This document shows positions 9,387-17,570 of a stretch of 64,000 nt of DNA, piece by piece. The notes under the pieces were generated by a model that made no database searches, had not been told where the DNA came from, and was given only the letters and a program-made list of their open reading frames with translations. This DNA comes from Thermodesulfobacteriota bacterium. GTDB lineage: Bacteria > Desulfobacterota > Desulfobacteria > Desulfobacterales > C00003060. How positions within the stretch are numbered: the stretch's first letter is position 1; every line of letters begins with the position of its first letter. The DNA lies in contig JAXHVD010000001.1 of assembly GCA_034189385.1 (NCBI GenBank), positions 128,001 to 192,000 on the forward strand, in the 5' to 3' direction. The translations under genes were made by a program, and so were the position numbers.

Positions 9387-9557
9387 CTGACAACATCCGC
9401 GAGTCAAGGTTATTGTCTTGTACCTTGCCATGAATCTCAGCCTTTTGGCCCCAGCGGCATCATGGCTGCTGCGGCATGGCCACGGTTCGGTAAGGGTTCA
9501 AATTTACAGTTAGAAGTTCATGGATCCAGAGGAATCAAATAGACCAAAATAAATGTA

Positions 9558-9630
9558 TTAATAGCATGCCTTACCAGGCTTGTCAAGCATATATTGTGGT
9601 GGCTTTAAAAAAAAACTCAATATATAGTAG
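9558..9630 (-). promoter_or_regulatory. Sigma70 promoter overlapped by tandem NrdR-like boxes
   Basis: TTGACA (9586-9581)-N17-TATTAA (9563-9558). Boxes CAAGCATATATTGTGG (9584-9599) and ACTCAATATATAGTAG (9615-9630) start 31 bp apart. Confidence 0.7.
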
Positions 9631-9637
9631 GGCCGTC

Positions 9638-10396
9638 TCAGGTAGTCTTTGGCTGGCCCCAGCTTCTTTGAACCAGGTGTCCTATCCATTCAAGGATGGC
9701 CAGATAGAGGGAGGTGCAGATTCCGATCAGCAGGAGGGCCGCCAGGATCCTTGCCAAGTCACTCTGATACAGGGCTATCCGGATGCGGTGGCCCACCCCT
9801 GCGTCTGCGGCGATGAATTCGGCGACAATAGTCCCGACCATGGCAAGGGTGGCACTGCCCACGATCACCGTGGTGAGCTTGCTCATATTTTCAAAAGCAC
9901 GGATCTTGACCTCCAGGTACCAGGTCATCTGCCCCGTGGCAGAGTAGAAATGTTCAACATCGGCCACAGGCTCCGAGAAGATCCCTATAAATGACAAGAG
10001 TAACGGGAAATAGCATATCATGGAGGCGATCAAGAGTCTGGAGGAAAGACCGTCTCCAAGGAGAATGAATATGATGGGGGCCACAGCCACAACAGGGTAA
10101 GCTTGAATATTGTATGCCGCCAGTTTTATGAAAGAACCTGTCCAGGTGGCCAGTCTGCCGACAATGCCGACAACCGTTGCTAGACACACAGACAAGATGT
10201 GACCAATCATGGCCACGAAAAGCGTATCGATCGCGTCGAACAGATACCTGCCAAACACGACGCACCCTGTGTCCCAGAGTTCTCGAGGGTTGGGGATGAC
10301 GTAATCGGACAGGCCTGCCATGTATTTCATGGTGAACAGTAGGCCCAAGCCCACGAAATAAACGATCAAGAACTGATAAAGGCGCCTACACAGCAT
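9638..10396 (-). CDS. ABC transporter permease, NitT/TauT family
   Basis: IQAYPVVAVAPI, GTIVAEFIAADAGVG, multiple TM helices. Confidence 0.88.
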   Translation of the reverse strand: MLCRRLYQFLIVYFVGLGLLFTMKYMAGLSDYVIPNPRELWDTGCVVFGRYLFDAIDTLFVAMIGHILSVCLATVVGIVGRLATWTGSFIKLAAYNIQAYPVVAVAPIIFILLGDGLSSRLLIASMICYFPLLLSFIGIFSEPVADVEHFYSATGQMTWYLEVKIRAFENMSKLTTVIVGSATLAMVGTIVAEFIAADAGVGHRIRIALYQSDLARILAALLLIGICTSLYLAILEWIGHLVQRSWGQPKTT

Positions 10397-11096
10397 GAAC
10401 CACCTCTAACATAGTTCTTTCCAGGTCCTTCTTTACGATGGGGCTGTCGGCCCTGTGGTCTTGGCCCTTTACAGAGATCGCTTGAGGGATTTTCTGGGGG
10501 CTGCGGAGCACCAGTATATGCTTACAGAACTTGGAGACTTCCAGCACATTGTGGGAGATGTAGAGAAAGGATCTTGTGGGAAACATCTCCTTGGTCTTGA
10601 GGATGATATGTTCTTTGGTGCGTTCGTCAACATTGGCCAGGCTTTCATCCATGATCAGGAGATCAAAATCCTGCAACAGATAGCGAGTGAGATTTGCCCG
10701 GTTCTGTTCTCCCAAAGAGAGCTGAGAGAATCGGGAACTCAGAAATGGCTTGAGACCAAACTGGTGGGCTAGATCTTGGAGCTTGTCCTGATTGGATAGG
10801 GGCGCTACCTCCTTCAGGTGTTCTTCCACGCTACACCATGGAGGCAACCGTTCCAAGTTGTAAGAATAGAGAACACGGCCTTGCCCGTTCGTGGTGCTGA
10901 TGTGACCTGTATGTGTGCTGATCTGCCCGGAAAGGATCTTTGCCAGGGTGGTTTTGCCAACCCCTGAGGGGCCAAAGAGACTGTGGAACCCGGCACCCTG
11001 TATTTGGAAGATGAGGTTCCTGAACACATAGGCATCGGTGCCAGGATATTTGAAGGAGAGCTGGTTGGCTTCTATTGACATCTGCTGCTGGGTCAT
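10386..11096 (-). CDS. ABC transporter ATP-binding protein (atypical motifs)
   Basis: Walker A GPSGVGKT, signature LSLGEQ, Walker B LLIMDE, ISH switch. Confidence 0.85.
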   Translation of the reverse strand: MTQQQMSIEANQLSFKYPGTDAYVFRNLIFQIQGAGFHSLFGPSGVGKTTLAKILSGQISTHTGHISTTNGQGRVLYSYNLERLPPWCSVEEHLKEVAPLSNQDKLQDLAHQFGLKPFLSSRFSQLSLGEQNRANLTRYLLQDFDLLIMDESLANVDERTKEHIILKTKEMFPTRSFLYISHNVLEVSKFCKHILVLRSPQKIPQAISVKGQDHRADSPIVKKDLERTMLEVVHAV

Positions 11097-11206
11097 GGAA
11101 GACAGCGTTTTCTATGGAACATCCGCCCCAATCCCCCTGCCTTTCATCCCTGCCGGAAAACATACGAAACGGTCCGCGTTGGCGGGTATCGATTGTTTAT
11201 TGTCTA

Positions 11207-12022
11207 TCAAAGAACGCCCTTTGGCATCGGTTCTGAATACTCCCCACCCAATACATAGCCGCCGTCAATCCTAAGCGTGCTCCCTGTCATGAAAGGGGCA
11301 TCTCTCACGATAAAGAGTACGGCTTTGACCACGTCTTCAATAGTGCCGATGCGCCCAAGGGGGGTGTGATTAATGATTCCCAGGCGCTGGCTTTCGTTCA
11401 GCACACCCCAGCCTCGGGTGTCTGGCCCGTGGCGTGTTTCTACCAAGCCCAGCATCACTTCGTTAACGCGTACCTCAGGCGCAGCTTCTCGGGCCCAGGT
11501 CTCAGTGAACGAGGACACAGCCCGGTTCGCTGCTGCGTATCCATCGTTGAACACCCGCCCAGCCGGGCCACTCCTTCCCATGAGGCCAGCGATGGAGGAA
11601 ATATTGACCACGACACCGTCGCCAGATGCCTTGAGGTGGGAGATAGCCGACCGGTAAACCCACCATTTTGCACGCAACGTGGTGGCCATCTCCAGGTCCC
11701 ACTGCTCTCGGTTGTATGGGCCGTGTACCACAGGCCACCCACCACGCTCTATATTGTTAATGAGAATGTCGAGGCGGCCGAATTTACTCACAGCGCTATC
11801 CACAAGAGAGGGGATCTTGTCTGTGTCCAAGAGGTTTGTCCTGACGACATGAAACTCAGCGGCCGAATCACGAAAGTCCTGCTCCATTTGCTCAAGAGAT
11901 TCTTCCCAGTCATAATAATTCAGACATACCTTGACACCCTCTTTGGCCAAGGCCAGGCCGATTCCTTTGCCGATTCCCTTGATAGCGCCCAACACAAGGG
12001 CAGCCTTTCCCTTTAGCTCCAT
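11207..12022 (-). CDS. Atypical short-chain dehydrogenase/reductase
   Basis: LVLGAIKGIG, GRLDILINN, NISSIAG, TPLGRIG, FMTGSTLRIDGG; start overlaps the stop of the upstream YkgJ gene. Confidence 0.88.
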   Translation of the reverse strand: MELKGKAALVLGAIKGIGKGIGLALAKEGVKVCLNYYDWEESLEQMEQDFRDSAAEFHVVRTNLLDTDKIPSLVDSAVSKFGRLDILINNIERGGWPVVHGPYNREQWDLEMATTLRAKWWVYRSAISHLKASGDGVVVNISSIAGLMGRSGPAGRVFNDGYAAANRAVSSFTETWAREAAPEVRVNEVMLGLVETRHGPDTRGWGVLNESQRLGIINHTPLGRIGTIEDVVKAVLFIVRDAPFMTGSTLRIDGGYVLGGEYSEPMPKGVL

Positions 12023-12747
12023 GACCCCTCTCCAAACAGGGCTGCCTTGATCCACTCCATGGAGAATTGCAGCAGGGCAACATCATTGTCACGAATCGTT
12101 TCGAGTCCATCCTCTGGCAAAGGACATTCTTCCCAAAGCCTCTTGTCAAATGTAAAGTCCCTGAACCGGTCCAGGTCATAAAAGGCCATAGAAAAAAGAT
12201 CGTCCTCTGACGGCGTCAGCCTTGCCCTGTTGCTTCGATTTTTTAAGGCCAGGACCTCCATAATCAAGTCATTCATCTCATTGTAGATGCTCAATCCCTG
12301 GTCTTTTTTCCATTCGGCAACTGTCCATCGTCTAGGCTCGTTAAAACCCAGGCAGTGGGGCTCTTTGATGAGGAAGTATGATTCCTCACAACGGCCTCCA
12401 TGCGGCTTTCTTGCGGCCATTCGACCGAGAGGATAGGTGCGGCACGACCCTGGCCTGTCATCATAGACGGTGCAGCCCTCAGGCCCGACAAATGGGCAGC
12501 GGAGATTTTCGTCCTGTAGCATTCTCAGGGAGACCACTGGCAGGCCGCTTCTCGGTCCAATGTGACACTCCGTGTACTGCTCCAGGAATCGCTGTGATGA
12601 GACTCGTTGGGCGTTCTTTAAACGGAGTATGTCATAAGGCGTCAGGAATTGATTCAAGTCTCGGCAGCAGTCATTAAAACACGCTATTCCGGGATGGCAA
12701 GAAAACTGGAACGTGTCATCCAGGTCCACTCTTATAAGATTCTCCAT
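12013..12747 (-). CDS. YkgJ/CxxCxxCC family Cys-cluster protein, paralog 3
   Basis: FQFSCHPGIACFNDCC...LTPYD...CPFV...GCTVYDDRPGSCRTYP...HCLG. Confidence 0.88.
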   Translation of the reverse strand: MENLIRVDLDDTFQFSCHPGIACFNDCCRDLNQFLTPYDILRLKNAQRVSSQRFLEQYTECHIGPRSGLPVVSLRMLQDENLRCPFVGPEGCTVYDDRPGSCRTYPLGRMAARKPHGGRCEESYFLIKEPHCLGFNEPRRWTVAEWKKDQGLSIYNEMNDLIMEVLALKNRSNRARLTPSEDDLFSMAFYDLDRFRDFTFDKRLWEECPLPEDGLETIRDNDVALLQFSMEWIKAALFGEGSWS

Positions 12748-12782
12748 GCTTGCCTACCCTCTCAATGTTGAATTCCAGTTCA

Positions 12783-13002
12783 TTGAACCCTCCCCGTGGC
12801 GACTCGACTGAGCTCGCCGAAGTCAAGCCCCGGGGAATGTTCTCCCTGACGGGAGAGCTCTGCGGCACCGTAAGGTTGTTCTCTTTTTAACTATACGCTC
12901 GCTAACCCCGCAGCCCGCGCCGCGCTAGCACTGCCAGCAGGCAGAACCTACGGGGGCTGCGGTAGCTCTCCTGTGGAGAATGCGCTCGCTTATTCGGTTC
13001 AA
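12783..13002. repeat. Composite palindromic (REP/MITE-like) element
   Basis: Ends TTGAACC / GGTTCAA; internal CCCCG...CGGGG hairpins, GGAGAGCT/AGCTCTCC inverted pair, CGCTCGCT twice; 36-bp core shared with 42784-42819. Confidence 0.65.
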
Positions 13003-13169
13003 GGAACGGGCCCTTTTCCCCTACCATTTCGCTGCACATCAAGTCAACATGGATGGGCTCAGACAACATGCCTGTCCCGTGTCGCTGACCTTGGAGACGG
13101 GGCCCATATAGTCTCGCCTATGTTCATGTTTTCTGCGTAGTTTTTCCTTGAAACGGCCTTAAAAATGCC

Positions 13170-13198
13170 TTGACAATAGGCTCCTGTGGTGATAGACA
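13170..13198 (+). promoter_or_regulatory. Candidate sigma70 promoter of aprBA
   Basis: TTGACA-N17-TAGACA. Confidence 0.55.
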
Positions 13199-13665
13199 GA
13201 GAGCACCTTCTGGGGGGCCATGTAAGCCCTTGACTTTCTTGATAACATTTCCCAGCTTCCCTCGTGCCGAATCGGCATTCTAGGGACGATTTTGCATGTG
13301 TTAGACCCGCCTGAGGTCAGGTCAACCAAGAGGCGGGAGAGTGATCCATACACCAGAGGTTTGGCCGGGCAGCACCTCTTTTTTTCTCCTTTTCGAAAAG
13401 CCCTGCGTCGGTTTACCGAAGGGACTGGAAAAGCAGGAGCGTGAAGCCACGGATGTTGACACAGTGGCAGCGGTGCTGCGGGTTGAACCATGAGATCCCT
13501 GACAGTGTTCAAGGGTCTTTCTGAAAGAAATTAGTTGAAAGGGGGGATGTGAAAGCACTTGTCTGTTAAGGGGGAGATGGCCAGTTACCTGAGTGCGTGT
13601 GTGAGACATCTCTCCAAACATGGTTAACAGGAGTAGTAAAAAAAATTGATTCAGGAGGTAGATCA

Positions 13666-14097
13666 ATGCCAAGTTTCGTAATTCAAGAAAAATGTGATGG
13701 ATGCAAAGGCGGGGAGAAGACTGCCTGTATGTACATCTGTCCCAATGACCTGATGGTCTTGGACGCTACTGCAATGAAGGCCTATAACCAAGAACCGGAT
13801 CAGTGTTGGGAGTGCTTCTCCTGCGTGAAGATTTGCCCCACCCAGGCCATTGAGGTCAGGGGCTATTCTGATTTTGTTCCCCTTGGCTCCAGCATCATGC
13901 CCATGAGAGGTACCGAGGATGTCATGTGGACCTGTAAATTCAGAAACGGCATGATCAAGCGCTTCAAGTTTCCTATCCGGACCACCCCGGAAGGTGCGGC
14001 CAACGAGTACGGAGCTCTGAAGGGCCAGGATCTTAATAGTGGTTTGCTCGCCACTGAGGAGGCCGACGGCAAGGCATTGCCCACGCCCCAGGTCTAG
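13666..14097 (+). CDS. aprB: Adenylyl-sulfate reductase beta subunit
   Basis: MPSFV...CDGCKGGEKTACMYICP...CWECFSCVKICP...FKFPIRTTPEG; RBS AGGAGG. Confidence 0.98.
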   Translation: MPSFVIQEKCDGCKGGEKTACMYICPNDLMVLDATAMKAYNQEPDQCWECFSCVKICPTQAIEVRGYSDFVPLGSSIMPMRGTEDVMWTCKFRNGMIKRFKFPIRTTPEGAANEYGALKGQDLNSGLLATEEADGKALPTPQV

Positions 14098-14158
14098 TGA
14101 GGGCCTGTTAGGAGGCGTTTGATCGAACAAAGAATTTATCATTAAGGAGGGTACGAAT

Positions 14159-16120
14159 ATGGCATTACCTAACAAACCGACCGGAGAGCTTCTGGCGGTA
14201 AGAGATCCGGAAGTGGAGGAAAGAGAAGTCGATCTGTTGATTATCGGTGGTGGAATGGCCGCCTGTGGTGCTGCCTTTGAGATCAAGAAATGGGCTGGCG
14301 ACAAGAGCATTCTTCTTGTCGACAAGGCGGCTCTGGAACGAAGCGGCGCCGTAGCCCAGGGGCTTTCGGCCATCAACACCTATATTGGCGAAAATGCGAT
14401 CGAAGACTACGTCAGGATGGTCAGAAACGACCTCATGGGTATCACCCGCGATGATCTGGTCTATGATGTGGGCCGTCACGTGGATGACTCCGTCCATCTC
14501 TTTGAAGAGTGGGGGCTGCCCGTTTGGAAGAAACACCCGGAAACGGGGAAGAACGTCGACGGCGCCAAGGGCGTTGAGCTCGGCTCGTTAAAAAGCGGGG
14601 CCGAGCCCGTGCGCACCGGCAAATGGCAGATCATGATCAACGGGGAGTCTTACAAGTGCATCGTGGCAGAGGCTGGCAAGAAGGCCCTTGGTGAAGAGAA
14701 TATCCTAGAGAGGGTCTACATCACGAAGCTTCTCCTGGATGCCAACAAGGAGAACACCGTTGCTGGTGCTTATGGCTTCAGCGTCCGTGAGAACAAGGTG
14801 TTCATTATCAAGGCCAAGGCCACGATGGTTGCCTGCGGCGGCGCAGTAAACATTTACATGCCTCGCTCCCAGGGTGAGGGCAAGGGCCGTGCATGGTTTC
14901 CGGTATGGAACTCCGGCTCCGGCTACACCCTTTGCATGCAGGCCGGTGCCGAGTTGACCATGATGGAAAACCGGTTCACCCCAACCCGTTTCAAGGACGG
15001 TTACGGTCCTGTAGGCGCTTGGTTCCTGCTCTTCAAGGCCAAGTGCGTCAATGGATTGGGTGAGAACTATCTGGCCAGTGATTTCACCAAGGCGGAACTC
15101 GACAAGTATGCACCTTACGGTCACGCGGCCGTGACGCCTACCTGCCTGAGGAACCACGTCATGCTGGCAGAGATGAAAGAGGGCCGTGGCCCCATCATCA
15201 TGGACACTGCTACTGCCCTGCAGAACATCGCCAAAGAGCTGGACAAGAAAGAACTCAAGCACCTCGAGTCCGAGGCCTGGGAAGACTTTCTGGATATGAC
15301 CTGCGGCCAGGCGAACCTGTGGTGCGCCAATAACGTGGAGCCCGAAAAGGTGAACTCAGAGATCATGCCCACGGAGCCCTATCTGCTCGGTTCTCATTCG
15401 GGCTGCTGCGGTGTCTGGGCTGGCGGGCCGATGGAAGACTGGAACGACGATTCCTACAAGACCGGTTACAACCGCATGACGACCGTCAATGGCCTCTTTA
15501 TCGCCGGTGACGTTGTCGGCGCCTCAGGGCACAAGTTCTCCTCAGGCTCCCATGCCGAGGGACGTATTGCCGCCAAGGCAATGGTCAAATATGTGACCGA
15601 CAATGCGGACTATGCTCCTGCGCCCACGGAGTCTGCACAGGAGATCGTAGACTACCTGTGGCAGCCGGTGAGACTCTTCCTGGATAACTATGAGTATACC
15701 ACCATGAATGACGTCAACCCGAATTACATCAAGCCTTCGGGCTTTTCCATGCGGATGATGAAGGCCACCAACGAGTACGGCGGCGGCTGGGCCACCTACT
15801 ATCAGACCAGCGGTAAGAACCTGGAGATTCTCATGGATATGTTCAAGGTCATGCATGAGGACTCTTTTAAACTGGGTGCCGGCGACCTGCATGAACTCCT
15901 CCGGGCCCATGAGATGAGACACCGGCTCTGGACCGTTGAGGCCCATAACCGGCACATCCAGTTTAGGGAGGAGTCCCGCTATCCCGGATTTTACTACAGG
16001 GCGGACTTCCCGAACACCGATGATGCAAATTGGTTCTGCTACACCAATTCCAAGTTTGATCCCAAGACTGGAGAGTGGTCTTTGTTTAAGAAGGACTACG
16101 TCAAAATCGTTCCTGACTAG
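14159..16120 (+). CDS. aprA: Adenylyl-sulfate reductase alpha subunit
   Basis: ERSGAVAQGLSAIN, WQIMINGESYK, RFKDGYGPVGAW, GHKFSSGSHAEGR. Confidence 0.98.
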   Translation: MALPNKPTGELLAVRDPEVEEREVDLLIIGGGMAACGAAFEIKKWAGDKSILLVDKAALERSGAVAQGLSAINTYIGENAIEDYVRMVRNDLMGITRDDLVYDVGRHVDDSVHLFEEWGLPVWKKHPETGKNVDGAKGVELGSLKSGAEPVRTGKWQIMINGESYKCIVAEAGKKALGEENILERVYITKLLLDANKENTVAGAYGFSVRENKVFIIKAKATMVACGGAVNIYMPRSQGEGKGRAWFPVWNSGSGYTLCMQAGAELTMMENRFTPTRFKDGYGPVGAWFLLFKAKCVNGLGENYLASDFTKAELDKYAPYGHAAVTPTCLRNHVMLAEMKEGRGPIIMDTATALQNIAKELDKKELKHLESEAWEDFLDMTCGQANLWCANNVEPEKVNSEIMPTEPYLLGSHSGCCGVWAGGPMEDWNDDSYKTGYNRMTTVNGLFIAGDVVGASGHKFSSGSHAEGRIAAKAMVKYVTDNADYAPAPTESAQEIVDYLWQPVRLFLDNYEYTTMNDVNPNYIKPSGFSMRMMKATNEYGGGWATYYQTSGKNLEILMDMFKVMHEDSFKLGAGDLHELLRAHEMRHRLWTVEAHNRHIQFREESRYPGFYYRADFPNTDDANWFCYTNSKFDPKTGEWSLFKKDYVKIVPD

Positions 16121-16158
16121 GCAGAGCCATCCCTGTTTTTCGGGATAATATGTGAAGA

Positions 16159-16196
16159 CTCCAGGTGCCGCAAGAGCGGCACCTGGAGATTTTTTT
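16159..16196 (+). terminator. Intrinsic terminator after aprA
   Basis: CTCCAGGTGCCGC-AAGA-GCGGCACCTGGAG then ATTTTTTT. Confidence 0.85.
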
Positions 16197-16275
16197 AATC
16201 TGAGTTCCCAAGGCGTCTTTCTCGCCATATCATGTGCATTTTTCGGAAATGATTTCAGAGTGACGGAGGAGGAGC

Positions 16276-17559
16276 ATGACAGAAGAACAAAGACCTGAAG
16301 ATCAGAATGCCAAGGGCAGCATACTTGTTGTAGGAGGAGGTATCAGCGGGCTGACGGCAGCCCTGGAGGCTGCTGAAGTTGGCTACGGGGTTATTCTGGT
16401 GGAGAAGAATCCTTACCTGGGCGGCAGGGTGACTCAATTGAAGCATTACTTCCCCAAGCTGTGTCCTCCCACTTGCGGCCTGGAGATCAACTTCAGACGG
16501 ATCAAGGACAACCCCAGGATTAGCTTCTACACCCTAGCGGAGATCCAGAGCATCTCAGGGGGGGCAGGCAACTACGATGTGAGCGTGAAACTGAATCCCC
16601 GCTACGTGAACGAAAAGTGCACATGTTGCGGCGAATGTGAGCGAGTTTGCACGACGAAGATTCCCAATGAATTCAACTTTGGAATGGACACGACGACAGG
16701 GGCCTATCTCCCCAGTGAGATGGCCTTTCCCATGCGGTATGTGATTTCTCCGAAGATTCTTGGCACGGACGACGCCAAGAAGTGCGTCGAGGCCTGTCAG
16801 TACGATGCCATTGACCTGGAGATGCAGCCAGAGACCATCAATCTCAAGGTGGGGGCCATTATCTGGGCCACAGGCTGGAGGCCCTATGATGCTGCCAAGA
16901 TAGATAACCTGGGATTCCAGTACGAGAATGTCATTACGAACATGATGATGGAGCGCTTGGCGTCCCTTGACGGGCCCACTGAGGGTAAGGTCGTTCGCCC
17001 GTCGGACAGCAAGGGGATCTCAAAGATTGCCTTTGTTCAATGCGCGGGCTCAAGGGATGAGAACCATTTGCCATACTGCTCCTACATTTGCTGCATGGCC
17101 TCCTTGAAACAGGCCACCTATGTAAGGGAGCAGTTCCCTGAGGCGAAGATCTATGTCTTTTACATAGACATCAGGGCACCTGGATTCCGATATGAGAAGT
17201 TTTACAAGAAGATCAAAGACGATGAGAACATTTTCTTCATTAAGGGAAAGGTCGCTGAAGTCCAAGAAGATACAGACACAAAGGACATCACAGTGGTGGC
17301 AGAGGATGCCGTTACTGGGGAAAAACTCCAAGAGACGGTGGACATGGCGGTGCTGGCCACTGGGATGGTCCCCAACACGGCGGACACGAAGTTGCCAGGT
17401 GACGTCAAGTGCGATCCTGACGGCTTTGTGATTTCAGACCTTGACAAAGGGGGAATGTTTGCCACAGGTTGCGCAGTGAAGCCGTTAGATGTGGTCTCAT
17501 CCAACCAACATGCCACGGGCATGGCCCTTAAGGCTATTCAAACTCTGGTGAGCAGCTAG
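16276..17559 (+). CDS. qmoA: QmoA (HdrA-like flavoprotein)
   Basis: GGGISG, YFPKLCPPTCGLEINF, QCAGSRDENHLPYCSYICC; directly after aprA. Confidence 0.95.
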   Translation: MTEEQRPEDQNAKGSILVVGGGISGLTAALEAAEVGYGVILVEKNPYLGGRVTQLKHYFPKLCPPTCGLEINFRRIKDNPRISFYTLAEIQSISGGAGNYDVSVKLNPRYVNEKCTCCGECERVCTTKIPNEFNFGMDTTTGAYLPSEMAFPMRYVISPKILGTDDAKKCVEACQYDAIDLEMQPETINLKVGAIIWATGWRPYDAAKIDNLGFQYENVITNMMMERLASLDGPTEGKVVRPSDSKGISKIAFVQCAGSRDENHLPYCSYICCMASLKQATYVREQFPEAKIYVFYIDIRAPGFRYEKFYKKIKDDENIFFIKGKVAEVQEDTDTKDITVVAEDAVTGEKLQETVDMAVLATGMVPNTADTKLPGDVKCDPDGFVISDLDKGGMFATGCAVKPLDVVSSNQHATGMALKAIQTLVSS

Positions 17560-17570
17560 GAGGTAACGAA

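Noticed and set aside
9400..9500. TPP riboswitch (GGGGCC..GGCTGAGA on the minus strand)
   Set aside because: The required downstream ACCC and ACCTGATC..TAATGCC..GCG.AGG elements are missing; kept only as an unknown-leader finding.
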